DNA of 64,000 nucleotides from Eledone cirrhosa (Eukaryota). Where the stretch lies: NCBI GenBank assembly GCA_964016885.1, contig OZ024740.1, forward strand, positions 176,328,001 through 176,392,000, written 5' to 3'. The notes beneath the pieces were generated by a model that did not search any database, was not told the DNA's origin, and worked only from the letters and a program-made list of their open reading frames with translations. Positions 30,401-41,912 of the stretch are shown piece by piece (position 1 is the stretch's first letter; each line of letters opens with the position of its first letter). The position numbers were made by a program, and so were the translations under genes.

Positions 30401-32901
30401 AGGCTAGGGGTCCTTCACTCTCAGTGGTTTAACTGCGCGATCGGGTGTCCAGCCCGGCTGTTTCTATGTCCACGCCCATATACATACTCATGCACACATG
30501 CATATACATATTTACATATAACATACATATGTACATGTGCATATACATTTTTTCACATTTTTGTCAGGTTTTGTTTTTTGTCCTGCATACATACATACAT
30601 ACATACATACATACATACATACATACATACATACATACATACATACATGTTAATGTTTTTATATTTTTAGCATTTGTTGAATTGATAAACGAACTTTGCA
30701 AAATATATGGTAAGAAAATAAATCATTTAAAAACTATGATGTATGTATGTTTTTATTCCGAACCGAAAAGGAGAGAATGAATAGGTGTTATTTTCTTAAC
30801 CTCAGCAAAACATAAATACACAATGCATCAATTTCACCAATCTCATAATTTTTCTAGAACAGTATAAGATACCTTTAAGTTTTATTATGTAAACAATCTA
30901 TATACGCATATTCTAATTGTTAATCATAAACTACATCTAGCAAGAGCACAACATATTGTTTGGTGCACAAGTTCAATATCACATATTGATAAACTACGTG
31001 CACACCCATCATACACTCGTTTAATTACAATGTAAACTGCCATGATGCTAGAGATTTCTGACTTCCTATCGGTGTAATGTGTGTTCAGTAGTCAAGACAG
31101 TTAAATATGAACAGATGTGCCTAGAATACCCTATATAATTAGCTTGGATTGTATAATAATGTGGAATCGTCGAGTAACTTTGCTGCTAAGGAAGTAGCTA
31201 TGTGAAGCTTAGATTTACTATATGAGTGACATTCCTGAGGCTGATGTTCCCTCTAATTATATGTAGATCATTGCCTATCACAAACTTCTTATCGATGAGG
31301 AGTTTGTGCTTTATTTCCTTAAGCAGTCCTGTATGTTTCAAAAATGTTCCTTTAATCAGTAAATATATAAATATAGACACATTCCATTAAAACGTTTAGC
31401 TTTATATTTAGAAATGTACTAAATTTAATTGGAACACGTAACAATGAATGGAATATATTAATATCATCATAATACAATTTCTTAAAAATTTTTCAGGTCA
31501 CCGCATTAACTGTCAGAAATGGACGTTAAAGAGTGATGAGAGTATGTATTTTAATATTTTACATTCTCTGTTAATTATAAAGATTGAGATATGAATTAAT
31601 TAATTTTCATTATTTCACCATCATTAATAAAGTTAACACCATCTTAATAAAGTTAAGTTCAGCTATTACTGATTGGATAATTACGCTTCCCAGAACTAAA
31701 AACTTCAAACGAAACAAACACCTTGGCAAACCGATCATAATAACCAATTTGTAACTGTAAAGGTCCTGCAATCAGACCACATTGATAGTTAAAATATTTA
31801 TAACATCTTCGCATGCGATAGTTTACATTGAATAGCCGATATCAACACCACCTAGAATCGTTGAATTTAAGACTTGAGGAAATTCCTGTAATTGTACCAA
31901 CTATTATGGAAACCTAGGAGCGGCGGATGAGAACACACTTAAATTACATAGAACACAGTTGACATCTTTTCTAATAGGAAATTTGTGACCGGGTACTGGC
32001 ATAGAATGTTCCAGAAATATTAGTTAAGATATAACTGAGTAGTAAGATTGTGTTTATATATACCTCATATAATGAAATTAGTGGTAAAAATATTACTTTA
32101 TATCTTTGAAAAATACAAAACTATTTAGGTCACATTTGATAGAGCGTATGAAGCTTGGGGATCCCTATTTCTGAAAGGACGCGTTGGATGGAAAGTTTGA
32201 GGACTTTGCCTCTACAACCCTCCCAGGAATAAGTGGGTAAAGAAGTCAAAGAATATGTATGTATGTATGTATGTATGAATGTATGTATGTATGTATGTAT
32301 GTATGTATGTATGTATGTATGTATGTATGTATGTATGTATGTATGTAGATGTGTATGTATACGAAGGCGCGGGCACACGTAAGAGTAATTCGGGCCAATG
32401 GTCTTGATATTGATTTCATAGAAAATCTGATATTATTAATATCCCTGAAACCAAACGGCAGAATTAACTTCATTTTCCAAATTCAATCAATGAAGTAAAG
32501 TCAAGATAGCCGATCAGAACGGACTCAAATACCATAGTCTCAAGTGTGGCTAGGAGATATGTTTTCAGCAATCACTATGATATATTCAAGAAATATTATT
32601 TAAAATATACTTGTGTAAAATCAGTTATTTCATACATACCACATATTAGGAAACACTGTTAGAAGTCAGATTTCATATAGATGACATATACAGAACCATT
32701 AACGTTACATTAGATACTGAAGGTGAGACGTTATGTTTAACTCCCAGTAAGGTTTAAATAAGTTTGCAATATATTACTGGTTTTCTTGATGTTATCTATG
32801 AAATATTGCAAACGAAATTTATTTTCTAATATATATGTTTCTTTATTCTTTTCTGTTTACAGTCAATGGCAAAACACCACAAAACGATTACCAAAGAAAA
32901 G
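380..32901 (+). CDS. Putative micro-exon gene (internal part): array of symmetric 39-nt exons encoding a repetitive Thr/Tyr/Pro-containing peptide; start and stop codons not seen in the window
   Basis: A-type exons (…cag|AACCTAGCGAGGTACCACGAAAAGATTCCCATACAACAG|gtgata) start at 380, 2238, 4224, 6082, 8065, 9923, 11781, 19141, 20995, 22210, 23799, 25016, 26573 and 27636. B-type exons (ttaacag|TATATGACAACGCACCACGAAATTATTATTATACAACAG|gtgata) start at 1360, 3220, 5203, 7061, 9044, 10902, 12760 and 20119. A C-type exon starts at 32863. All are 39 nt, follow a pyrimidine tract and are open in phase 1. Confidence 0.68.
1209..1217 (+). CDS. Candidate 9-nt micro-exon ATACTGAAG ((D)TE), repeated once per monomer
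   Basis: cacattag|ATACTGAAG|gtgaga has a strong donor. The motif is conserved in A, B and diverged monomers (231, 1209, 2089, 3069, 3949 ... 32714). The pyrimidine tract is weak. Confidence 0.4.
1360..1398 (+). CDS. Representative B-type 39-nt micro-exon, phase-1 translation (V)[12 protein letters not shown]
   Basis: Acceptor tttctttattcttttctattaacag and donor CAG|gtgata; 39 nt. Confidence 0.65.
4022..4133 (+). mobile_element. 5'-truncated tRNA-derived SINE with 14-bp TSD
   Basis: B-box gagttcaaatcc, core gcctttcatccttacggggtcgataaaataaagtac, TSD attactgattttct at 4008-4021 and 4134-4147. Confidence 0.9.
7863..7974 (+). mobile_element. Copy of the 4022 SINE insertion, duplicated with the array
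   Basis: Same truncation point, same TSD and same site, exactly 3841 bp downstream. Confidence 0.9.
13295..14668 (+). CDS. LINE ORF1: N-terminal PHD-like Cys/His finger, His/Gln-rich repeats, coiled coil, C-terminal RRM-like region
   Basis: CHIC...WVECGTC...C..C...CLAC pattern; ([24 protein letters not shown]) repeats; [16 protein letters not shown] resembles LINE ORF1 C-terminal motifs; first ATG at 13295. Confidence 0.85.
   Translation: MGRNNKIAMVISIDEICDKTGRCPKIEHCPENHICHICAEPENSFRNRWVECGTCRISVCLQCATGFRRIPGQKKRHHNAMMDGIWEMVQLKSWSFQCLACVPASTNVINVIEKQQQQQKPMTVSSSTTVTEQRQKPMTLASTVIPVGEHQKQQQPMSSTPSTSRHQQLVTVSSPTIPVEEHHHHQQQQQQQPATVSSPAIPVEEHHHHQQQQQQQQPATVSSPAIPVEEHHHQQRQQQQQQQQQQQPTSTDFAELQLMISALRREVAGIEASIRVGPHNEGSYRNALLKNLPVPLAGKTEKTAESATHEVIAIGVPEDKADLQAFAASSAKDLGCVPPKGALRLGRPGPKPRLIRLSFSDPAEATSYHLASAKAGRENRITFRTRPGLPPHVRQKLRAAASLNRNSAQDESFSLRDDGQIWRFVKAGETWKRDTSWSECDLPTITGNVKTATTLGN
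14725..17490 (+). CDS. LINE ORF2: apurinic-like endonuclease plus reverse transcriptase
   Basis: APE motifs LNARS, TETW, GDFN, LDL, SDH; RT motifs [34 protein letters not shown]; C-terminal TRG...[14 protein letters not shown]. There is no ATG before the APE domain. Confidence 0.97.
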   Translation: MLSLNARSLCNKIHLFESYVRSIDPDFITVTETWAHSLLCDGVFTITGYNLFRKDRINRRGGGVMVYVRSNFSVIPCVDLNESQEEVFFCDIRMTMSTLLLGVVYRPPNYHQDTQLCDILRVAAKKTATYVFIAGDFNHPEIDWETFRWPQGANDFLELVLDSNWSQVVTSPTRGDNTLDLIFTTTPEVVISCTTEEPLGDSDHAMIIANLALEGSNKNQSHLQSACFDWKRADWNLYCTELQRPNWHEMYNSGDVNSILQSILDSIWIACAASVPRKRKNNHPKSAIWETSAVRLARKERRNAEREYKLHRSDANRKKRNKSSNHLKQVTKKAVLEFEQCIATNPDSKVFWKYVHSKQRPHSPVGPLRNPHTSQITDDPKECAELIAECYASIFTVENQNVPSPPSLTSNSITTMEFTPAMLRRHLKNKRNYASPGLDGVTYLLLKRGGDFLLRQLSFFFQYCLSNGATPEQWKTASVIPLFKKGNRMSPVNYRPVSLTSCMAKLMESCVRETLWNFWSSHSLIRPSQFGFIPNSSCCDQLIEFLEDITRITDSGSWVDVVYLDFAKAFNSVPHKRLMAKLSAMGVRDDLFDWLKSFILSRREVVTVLGQHSSPYEMSSGVPQGSVLGPLLFVAYINDIDANLQNATVLKYADDIKLYLEIKRTDPEIYNSFLQSDLDTMQQWITDWQLKLAVDKCTTMHFGRKNPASTYSLHNTDIKKSSCERDLGITVSNDLHWTKHVSKIVKKAEGVLASLSKTFVSRSPAIYLKLYTAMVRPHLEFASSVWNPYLARNIDLLETVQRRATKRIPSIRHLPYSERLASLGMDSLKLRRLAVDLVNTHKVFNHLANCNPERLFDLHVSNTRGRAYKIRKQHSSHDFRRHFFTLRVAETWNKLPASIVSCRDTASLKTLMLSEIRQNYT
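18261..18302 (+). pseudogene. B-type micro-exon with broken acceptor (AG>CG); same lesion at 22918-22956 and 25724-25762
   Basis: ctgtttaccg precedes the exon instead of ...acag; this copy also has one extra TAT codon (42 nt). Confidence 0.5.
27274..27461 (+). mobile_element. Full-length tRNA-derived SINE with 16-bp TSD
   Basis: A-box-like tggcagtatagg, B-box gagttcacatac, family core, TSD actatcatatatacaa at 27258-27273 and 27462-27477. Confidence 0.9.
27591..27674 (+). CDS. Fused B+A exon (84 nt, [28 protein letters not shown]) containing an internal A-type acceptor at 27635
   Basis: Two in-frame tttacag acceptors (27590 and 27635) share the donor after 27674. Confidence 0.5.
28771..28952 (+). 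mobile_element. tRNA-derived SINE
   Basis: tggtagtatcggtagagcg ... gagttcaaatcccgc ... gtagaaacaatt. Confidence 0.85.
29443..29792 (-). mobile_element. 3' fragment of an RTE-clade LINE with (GAA)n tail
   Basis: Minus-strand [17 protein letters not shown]...[16 protein letters not shown], typical of the RTE C-terminus; (TTC)n at 29443-29520. Confidence 0.75.
30586..32398. repeat. Unclassified ~1.8-kb interspersed element bounded by (CATA)n and (TATG)n; second copy at ~43826-46160
   Basis: Colinear similarity between 30650-32250 and 43850-45510 with the same microsatellite borders. Confidence 0.75.
32863..32901 (+). CDS. Diverged C-type 39-nt micro-exon, (V)[12 protein letters not shown]
   Basis: ttttctgtttacag|...|gtgata; length and splice sites are kept although the internal sequence is strongly diverged. 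Confidence 0.6.
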
Positions 32902-33375
32902 GTGATATGATGAAACATGTTTTATTATATGATATATACTTCTTTAAATACATAACTCTTTTACATGATATATATGGAAAATTGGAAATAAGGGGGCAGA
33001 AGATGGTGTTCAATGTCCACATGAGTATATATGTTATATAATAACAAGTATGTATTTGGAGAAGTGTTTTTTTCTGTATCAATGTAACATCCACATTTGA
33101 TAAATTTACATTATTTTAACGTTCAAATTTGAAAGTTCCTTTTGAACGTAAATTAAATATTTAGAAACAAATATTAAACCTTCTACAAATATTTCTGCAC
33201 ACACGTGTGTGCAGAAACATACGAAGATGCACAGTACACACAAATACCCCCAACACAGAAATGCATACACACATGCATAAAGCCACGAAACTTCCTAATT
33301 TTTAGTATTGTATTTAAATCATGATGATATGTAGAGCACCTCTAAGACTATAGGTTGGTATTGAATACATACAAC

Positions 33376-33540
33376 GAGGGTCGGACCCCATACTTTCCAG
33401 CATAGTTACGTCCCTTTACGATCTGGGTTCAAATCCCGCCGAGGTTGACTTTGCCTTTCATCCTTACGGGGTCGATAAAATAAAGTACCAGTAATGTACT
33501 GGGTAATTGCTGGCCTTGTGCCAAAACGTAGAAACAATTA
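33376..33540 (+). mobile_element. tRNA-derived SINE (5'-truncated)
   Basis: gggttcaaatcccgccgaggttgactttgcctttcatcc ... gtagaaacaatt. Confidence 0.85.
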
Positions 33541-33910
33541 TTAGCATCCCTGAAATCAAACGGCAGAATTAACTTCATTTAATCAAGGAAAGTAAGGTTA
33601 GCTGATCAGAACGGACACAAATATCATAGTCAACATAACCGGAAGTGTAGCGAGGAGATGTGTTTTCATCAATCACTATCATATATACAAGAAATATTAT
33701 TTAAAATATACTTGTGTACAATCAGTTATTTCATACATACCCCATAGTAGGAAACCACTGTTAGAAATCAGATTTCATATACATGAAATATACAGAACCA
33801 TTTACGTCACATTAGATACTGAAAGTGAGACGTTATGTTTAACTCCCAGTAAGGTTTAAATAAGCTTTTGAACGTATTACTGATTTGTTTAAATCAAATG
33901 TTGCGCAATA

Positions 33911-34607
<697 letters not shown>

Positions 34608-34650
34608 TATTTTCTAAAATATATATTTATTTATTCTTTTCTGTTTTCTG

Positions 34651-34688
34651 AACCTAACATATAGCACGAAACTATTACCATAGAACAG
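34651..34688 (+). pseudogene. Decayed micro-exon (38 nt, acceptor AG>TG, frameshift)
   Basis: ctgttttctg|AACCTAACATATAGCACGAAACTATTACCATAGAACAG|gtgatg has an A-like start and a B-like end. Confidence 0.55.
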
Positions 34689-34924
34689 GTGATGAAACAT
34701 GTTTTCTTATATTATATTATAAACAAAGTATCAGTAATGCACTGGGGTAATTGCTGGCTTGTGCCAAAAGTAGAAACAATTATTTTATAGTAGCAGAGAA
34801 ACCATCCTTTGGGCGTCCTTCTGCTAGCATATATATTGTGCATATTTGTATTATACGCAAATATATATGCATATAGATGTATATAAATTGAAAAGTAAAT
34901 GATAATATCTTCGTCCACTTATTT

Positions 34925-35560
34925 CTGAGATGTTGTGGGGGCAGAGACCTTCTCAAATGCTTCTTCCAGCGAGTCTGTCAAAAGCAAACATCTCTAACTG
35001 ACCCAGCTGGATCCCAAAGTGTCACCAGCCAAACTCTTGGATATTATTCAACTATCTTGCTCGGTGTCTACTTCTGGGTCTCTTGCCGGTTGGTTTTGCC
35101 TGTAAAATATATCCAGCGACTCTTTCCTGAGATATTCTAACCACATGCTCATAATATTGGAGTTGTGATCTCTCCATTCGGAGAAGTAGCGTCTCTACCC
35201 GGAGGTGCTCTCTGAGTTATGCACTTTATCGAGTAACGTTACTCCAAAGAATCTTCGGAGGAACCCCATTGCTGCCGCTTTTTCTTTTGCAACAGTATTC
35301 TGTTGGTCATTACCCAAGATTCATGATCCTCGGTAACAGTTGACAGGAATACCAGGAAGACAGCGAGTTTGACTTTTACACCTACCCCTTTCTTCTAATC
35401 GCTGAATGCTAAGGCTGGCAGATTACTGCATCAACTTTTGAAATTCTTGCACTTAATTCAGCCTCCTGCATTCCATCACTCATGAAAACGGCCCCGAGAT
35501 ACTTGAACTTCCCTAATGCTTCCATGGAACTCCATTCACATGTATATAAATTTGAGGGAC
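34925..35560 (-). mobile_element. Degenerate RTE-clade LINE fragment
   Basis: Minus-strand KFKYLGAVFMSDGMQEAELSARISK; 3' part homologous to 29560-29790. Confidence 0.7.
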
Positions 35561-35789
35561 TTCTATTCATCCCTCCGTCACACAATCTGTATGTGTGTTT
35601 CTTTGAATGTATGTGTGTGTAAAAGGAAGGAAGGGATACACACATATATATATATATATATATCTAACTTAAAAACAGTGACACACACACACATACGTCT
35701 CTAATTTAAGAACGCCGATAAACTCACGCGCGCGCACATACACACACTGTCCTATTGCCACTTAAGTGCTTTGGCCCGAACAAACATTC

Positions 35790-36485
35790 CCTCAATTTTG
35801 GAACCGTCAGGGCTGTCCAGAATTTATGGGAAAAACTTGACGGTCTTACTCTGTGCTCCTGGTCAAGAGGCCGATACCTTATCTGGGACGTCACAGTTAG
35901 TGACTCTTTTTCTTCTTCCCACATCCTGGATGCAGCAATAAGGCGAGAGCTACAGCATCCGCAGTTGAACGGAACAAAATCCTAAATTACCGTGTTCTGT
36001 CAGCTAACTACATTGCCCAACCTGTGGCGTTCGAAACGTTTAGAGGAGTCGGGATACTGACAGCGAGGTTCTTATCTTCACTGGCGGCTCGCCAAACAGA
36101 GGTAACTGGTGATGCTCGTGACGGCACTTGGTTGTTCCAGCACCTCAGCCTCGCTATCACCCTATGTAACGCTGCGAGCCTGCTGGATTGCCTAAAAAAT
36201 TATTAGAGAGGTTTCCCAGTGCTCCTGGGTATATTGTTATCTTTTTCTCTGGTAGTGGCTCGTTTGTCCACCCTTTCGTCTGTATTTTGTCGTGTGTGGT
36301 CTAAGACATGTGTATTACGTGCTTGTGTATTTTTTCTCTTTCTTTGTTTTCCTTTCCCTTTCCTTTGTATATATTATACTTGTTTGTGTTTTCGTTCTGT
36401 AACGATATTACATTTTTATATTACATTTTATTCAAAGGAGTTTTTTAAAAAGAGTTAAACTCTGTTGTTAATAAATAAATAAAAA
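35790..36485 (+). mobile_element. 3' fragment of a CRE-like (restriction-like endonuclease) non-LTR retrotransposon
   Basis: DGLTL..WSRGRYLIWDVTV...AFET...TGDAR...LFQHLSLAI..CNAAS, then an A-rich tail aataaataaataaaaa. Confidence 0.7.
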
Positions 36486-36769
36486 GTTGTACTACATTTT
36501 ACTCTCGAACGCTGCTATCATGACTGTATGACTGTATGTTTATTTGTGTAAATGTATGTTGTGAATGTGTGTTTGTGTAAATGTATATGTGTGAATGTAA
36601 ATATTTGTGTGAAAGTATGTGCGTTTGTGTCGATGTATGTCCGTCAGCGTGTATTTTTGTAAGTTTGTGTTTGCGCGATTATAGTTATATATTCATATAT
36701 ATAGATGTATGTTTTATATATACACACGCAGACACATAAGCGCCAGCGTGTTGAAAAATATCCTAATCT

Positions 36770-36849
36770 GTCTCTTCATCTATCCTTCATCTAATCTATC
36801 TCTTCATCTATCCTTCATCTATCTATCTCTCCCTCCCTCCCTCTCTCTA

Positions 36850-36916
<67 letters not shown>

Positions 36917-36919
36917 CTA

Positions 36920-36965
<46 letters not shown>
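36770..36965. repeat. Compound microsatellite (CT)n/(CTAT)n/(TA)n
   Basis: Direct inspection. Confidence 0.95.
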
Positions 36966-36967
<2 letters not shown>

Positions 36968-37901
36968 AAAGTGAGGTTTTTTTTACAAAATGAAAAATAA
37001 CCGGTGTCCTACACGAGTGAAAGTATAAAGAAAAAAAGATGAAATCGAAAATGCAACTGGAGTCTTTTTAAAAGAATATATATATTTATTTGGTTCCTTT
37101 ACCGGTTTCGCAGTTCTTCTGCTTTTCAAAAGTAGAGTTGAGATGGAGGGTCTGTGGTTTTTATCACATCTGGTTGGTCTTTGAATGTTACTTGTTTTAT
37201 ATGGAAAAAGTGGCTCGAAACGCCAGGTTTTTAGAGAAGTAATTTGATTGGTTGGTCAATAAGTATAGTAAATTTCACGCCAGTTCCCGTTACAAAGTTC
37301 TTCAAACAAGGGGGGGGGGGGAATCAAGTTGTTTTTTTCATATATGAGTGTTTGAATTTCTTTTTTTTATAAATGAAATTATTGTTGTTACGTGAATAAG
37401 TTCATTAAATTTTCGCGCCCGTATTTGGGAATTTATTTTGTAGCCTTTTAGAGAATTTTATGACAAACAAAATATAATGGTCAAGAGAAATGGGATGGGA
37501 GAATTGTGCTGGTTCAGTGAATATAGCAAGTTGTTTTTTCATATATGAGTGAAGTTTGGTTGGTTGGTTGATGTAGTCACATGAATAAGTATATCAGCTT
37601 TCGCGTAAGTTTGTTTGAATTCCGATTTACTTTAAAAAAGTGGCTCACGAAGGCTTTTTTTTAATAAATGTAATTTGATTGGTTATAAATGAAATTATGA
37701 CTGTCACGTGAACAAGTTCATTAAATTTCGCGCCCGTATTTGGGAATTTATTTTGTAGCCTTTTAGAGAATTTTATAGTCAAGAGAAATGGGATGGGAGA
37801 ATTGTTCTGGTTCAGTGAATATGGCTGGTTCGCTGGGGTGTCAGAATTCAGATTTTCTATTGAAATAAAGAAAGTAGAGATATGTATGTTTATTTGTGTG
37901 C

Positions 37902-37953
<52 letters not shown>

Positions 37954-40900
37954 GAAGATGATTATATTAGTAGAAATGGGGGAGGGAGTTGTGTGTGTGT
38001 AGGAGTATGTTAAGATGGAGAGAATATATATATTTTGTGCGTGTGTATGTGTGTAGTAAAGTGATTCTATTAGTAGAAATGGGGAGGAAGTTGTGTGGGG
38101 GGCGGAGGGGGGGGGGGGTACTATGTGTGTGTATGGGTGTTGTGTGTGTGTGAGTATGGTTAGTATGTTAAGATGAAGAGATATATATTTTGTGTGTGTG
38201 TGTGTAGGAAAATGATTCCGTTAGTAGGAATATTTTTGAATGAACATATTTTCCTTACTTATTCGTATTTGTTCTGTTGTATTCTCAGCACAAACGTATG
38301 TTTATTTAGTTCGGGTTTTTATTTTCTAAAGTAGAAGGTGTTATGTGTGTGTGCATGTTTGTTTGGATGGTTAGCATGTTCTGGTGATGACATAATGTAT
38401 ATTAAACCATATTTAATGCTGGTCTATATTTTTGAATAAACATTTTCCTTATTTATCCGAATTTGTTCTGTTGTATTGTCAGCGCAGAGGTAAAATGGGA
38501 AGACTTGGAATTTGGGTGTCTTATTACTTGCGCATATGTCTAGATGTGCGCTTAGTGGTATCTGTCTCGTGGTTGGATCTCGTAATTGTTGGCGATGAAC
38601 TGTCATTCTGTTTCTGAGTGTGTGTTTAGTTTGTCCTATATAATCTTCATTTCATCCTTTACATTTAATAGCACAAATTAGATTTTTAGATGAGCAAGTG
38701 AAGTGATTTTTTACAGCAAAATTTTGTCCTGATTTAAATGTATACGTGTTGCCTTCAATAAGGTGAGTGCAGTTTCCACAATTAGAGCGACCACATTTTT
38801 TGACGGTTGGTTGTGGGTTTGTGGTAGGTAATTCGGCATTGGTGAGTAATGTTTTCAGTGATTTCGGTTGTCTTTTGCTTTTGATTATTTTGTGTGTTTC
38901 AATGGCTTTTTTCATTCTTGGGTCTTGTTTCAGTAGTGAGATGTTTCGTGAATAGTGTTGTAAGCTTCCGCATTTCTTGGGTTGTGTGTTGAGATATATG
39001 ATAGAATATTGGACGTACCTTGAATTTGTTTCTGTTTCCGTAATTCATCAATGCCTATTGCTTTAGCCCTTTCTATTCCATTATTTATTAGTAATGGTGG
39101 GTACTATCTTTCGAGTAGAATTTCATTTAATTCTTGAAGTCTTTTATTTCGCGTTTCATAATGGGAGACAATTGTGCAAATTCTTCTTGCTAGGTTAAAA
39201 GGAATGTTCGTCTTCGTGTGCTTTTGATGGTTGGAGGTGAATAGCAGGTATTGTTTGGAATCTGTTGGTTTGTAGTGTATGTCAGTTTCAATATTTGTGT
39301 CTTTTTTAAGATTAAGATGTCCAGAAATGGGAGTTGATCTTGGCTGTATTCCATTGTGAATTGGATGTGGTTATTGATGCCGTTTATTAAGTTTTTGAAA
39401 TCATTCAGTTGGTCGAGTGTGTGGGACCAAAGAATGAGACAATCATCCAATTAGCGTTTCAAATTCTCTGATGAATATTTGTGGAAGTTCAATCCGTATT
39501 TTGATTTGGACTGTTCATATATCTGGACTTCTAAGTATGCCATGACTAAGTTGGCATAAGTCGGAGCGGCTTTTATACCCATCGCACTCCCCGATATTTG
39601 CTTGTAAGTACTGCCATCGAAATCAAAAAAGTTGTTCTGTAAGATAAATTTTAATTCCTCGGTGATGAAGCTTTTTTCTATTCTGCCAGGTATCTCATTG
39701 GGATATTTCTCTAGCCAGAATCCTATTGTTTCTAGTCCGTATTGGTGTGGGATCGTTGTGTAGAGATTCACTACATCGAAGGACACAATAATAGTGTTGT
39801 TGTTGACATGTTTTGGGAGGTGGTTTAAGAGGTCCAGATCGTCTCTTACAAGACTTGGTATGTGTTTAAGAATGGTTTTAGTAGTATGTCTATAAAGTTG
39901 CTCAGTCTGTGTGTTTCACATCGTGGGCCCGCTACAATTGGTCTTAATTTAAGGTATTGTGTGTTCACGCAGGCTGAGGTGGATTGTTTACAGGCATCGT
40001 TAATTATTTTACACTTGTGGATCTTCGGAAGTCCGTAAAGGTTGCTGGTTTTGTATTCAAAATGTGTTAAATAATCGCGTTCCTTTTTAGTTAAGTCTTC
40101 CTGATATCGACAAATCAGTGTGTTTAATCTGGTCATTGTTTTTGATTGCTGGTAGTTTTTTACTCTTTCATAGTAATTAGTATTTTGTAAGAGAGAGAAC
40201 ATAGAATTTTTATATTTTTCAGCATCCATAATGACAACAGTACTTCCCTTGTCCGCTTCCTTAATTATAATGTCCGTATTGTTTTATAGTTCATGGATAA
40301 TCTCCCATTCCTGTCGTCTCGTGTTGGGTTTGGGTTTAGGTTGCGGTAGTTCATGGTATGGGAAAGTAGCTATGTGGTCACAAAATTTGTCCAGAACTCT
40401 GTTTTTACTTTTTGTTGGGTTGTAGCTGCTTTTATTCCGTACAATTGATTGGTCGTTATCCTCCTTGTCAAAGAATTCCTCTGTGAGACGTAATTTTCTA
40501 CAGAAGTGTGAGATATTGTCATTTATCTTATTGAGGTTAGAGTATTGTGGTGTTGGTGTAAATTTCAGTTCTTTGGAGAGAATTTTTACTTGTTTGGCTG
40601 ACTGGTTTGTATTTGAAAGGTTGATTATTTTCAGTTTTTCAAAATCGGTTTGTGCCACCGGGTGTCGTGGATCCTGTAGCCTTGGTAAAAAGTGATTTTT
40701 CTGGAATGTTTTTTCAATGGTATTATTATATCTAATGGCATTTCCCTTGTTGTTGTGTGGTCTTGTATAGAAGTTTCGAACGTATTGAGGTTCGGTTTGT
40801 TGATAGTCCGGGTTGTAGATTTTGTTCCTTTGTGTGGGTTGGGATCTAAGATTTTGGAACAGGCTCTGTGTGGGCAGGGGTCTACGGTTTGGGAATAGGT

Positions 40901-41865
40901 TTTGTGTGGGTTGTGATCTGCGGATCGGGTCCTGTCTTGTGTTTGGGGATCTTCGGTTTTTGTTAGTAGGGTTATAGTTTTATCTATGGATTCTGGGATT
41001 ATCGTTATAGTTTTGCTGGGGGACGTTTTGTTACTTTTTTTGTTATTTGTTGTGCATGTGGTGTGTGAGTTTTAGTTTGTTTTAAAAATGGGTTACCTGT
41101 ATGTTGTTCATTTTTGAAATCCATTTCGTAGTTATTGAACCAGGTGGCGTTTTTTTCCCATCGCTGGAGGGATGTTAGTTCTTCATCCTCACAGTTTTCT
41201 TTCCAAAGTTTTAATGTTTTTTCATAGAGTAGGCCTTCAGAGTGCCTTGAGATTTCTGTTTCCATCTGTTGGTCGAGTGAGTTGAATTTTTCTTCGTTGG
41301 AGTTGGCTCTTAATCGCAACAGTTCTATTTCTATTTTAAATTTTTCTTACGCCATCTTTTCCCTACGTCTTTGTTGGTTTTCTGGTTCATTCGGGATGGG
41401 TTTTATTTGGAGTTTTTTGGGGAGGATGATTGGGGTAGAGTTTAGCCACTTTTCATATATGTCTGCCTTGCCATTATTTTTTAGGAGATTCCAAAAGGTG
41501 AATTTGCGGGCTGTGAGCTTTTTAGTCCATATATTGATTAGGGTGTTTTTCACTGAGTGGACATCTCGTAGATTGGGTTCTAATGATTGTTCCAGCTTTT
41601 GGAGCATTGCTGTTTCAATGGTTTCGATTACTTTATTTAATGCTGGAGTAATATTTGCCTCTTCCGTATTTTCTGTTTCTTCGTGGGGTCCTTTTTTATA
41701 GATGTGTATTTGGTCCACTTTGAAGGTCAAAATTGAGAGTTTAGAGGAAATCTCTTTGAGTTCATTTAAGATGTCCTGGTTCAGTGAGTTGTTGTTTTGT
41801 TGAGACTTTGGTGGCATTTTCGGTCTTCGTGTGGTGGGTATGTATTAGAAAGTGAGGTTTTTTTT

Positions 41866-41869
<4 letters not shown>
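36966..41869 (-). mobile_element. Near full-length, decayed Penelope-like element (N-terminal ORF, RT, GIY-YIG) with short terminal direct repeat
   Basis: Frameshifted ORFs with LYGLPKIHK, LRPIVAG, SFDVVNLYT, GSAMG, DD, CGRSNCGNC and YIGQT; agaaagtgaggttttttttacaa at 36966 and 41847. Confidence 0.9.
37096..37133 (-). ncRNA. Minimal type-I hammerhead-like motif (variant core) in the Penelope pLTR
   Basis: Minus strand TTGAAAA-GCAG/CTGC-GAAA-CCGG-TA-AAGG; the same motif is on the plus strand at 62909-62946. Confidence 0.55.
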
Positions 41870-41909
<40 letters not shown>

Positions 41910-41912
<3 letters not shown>

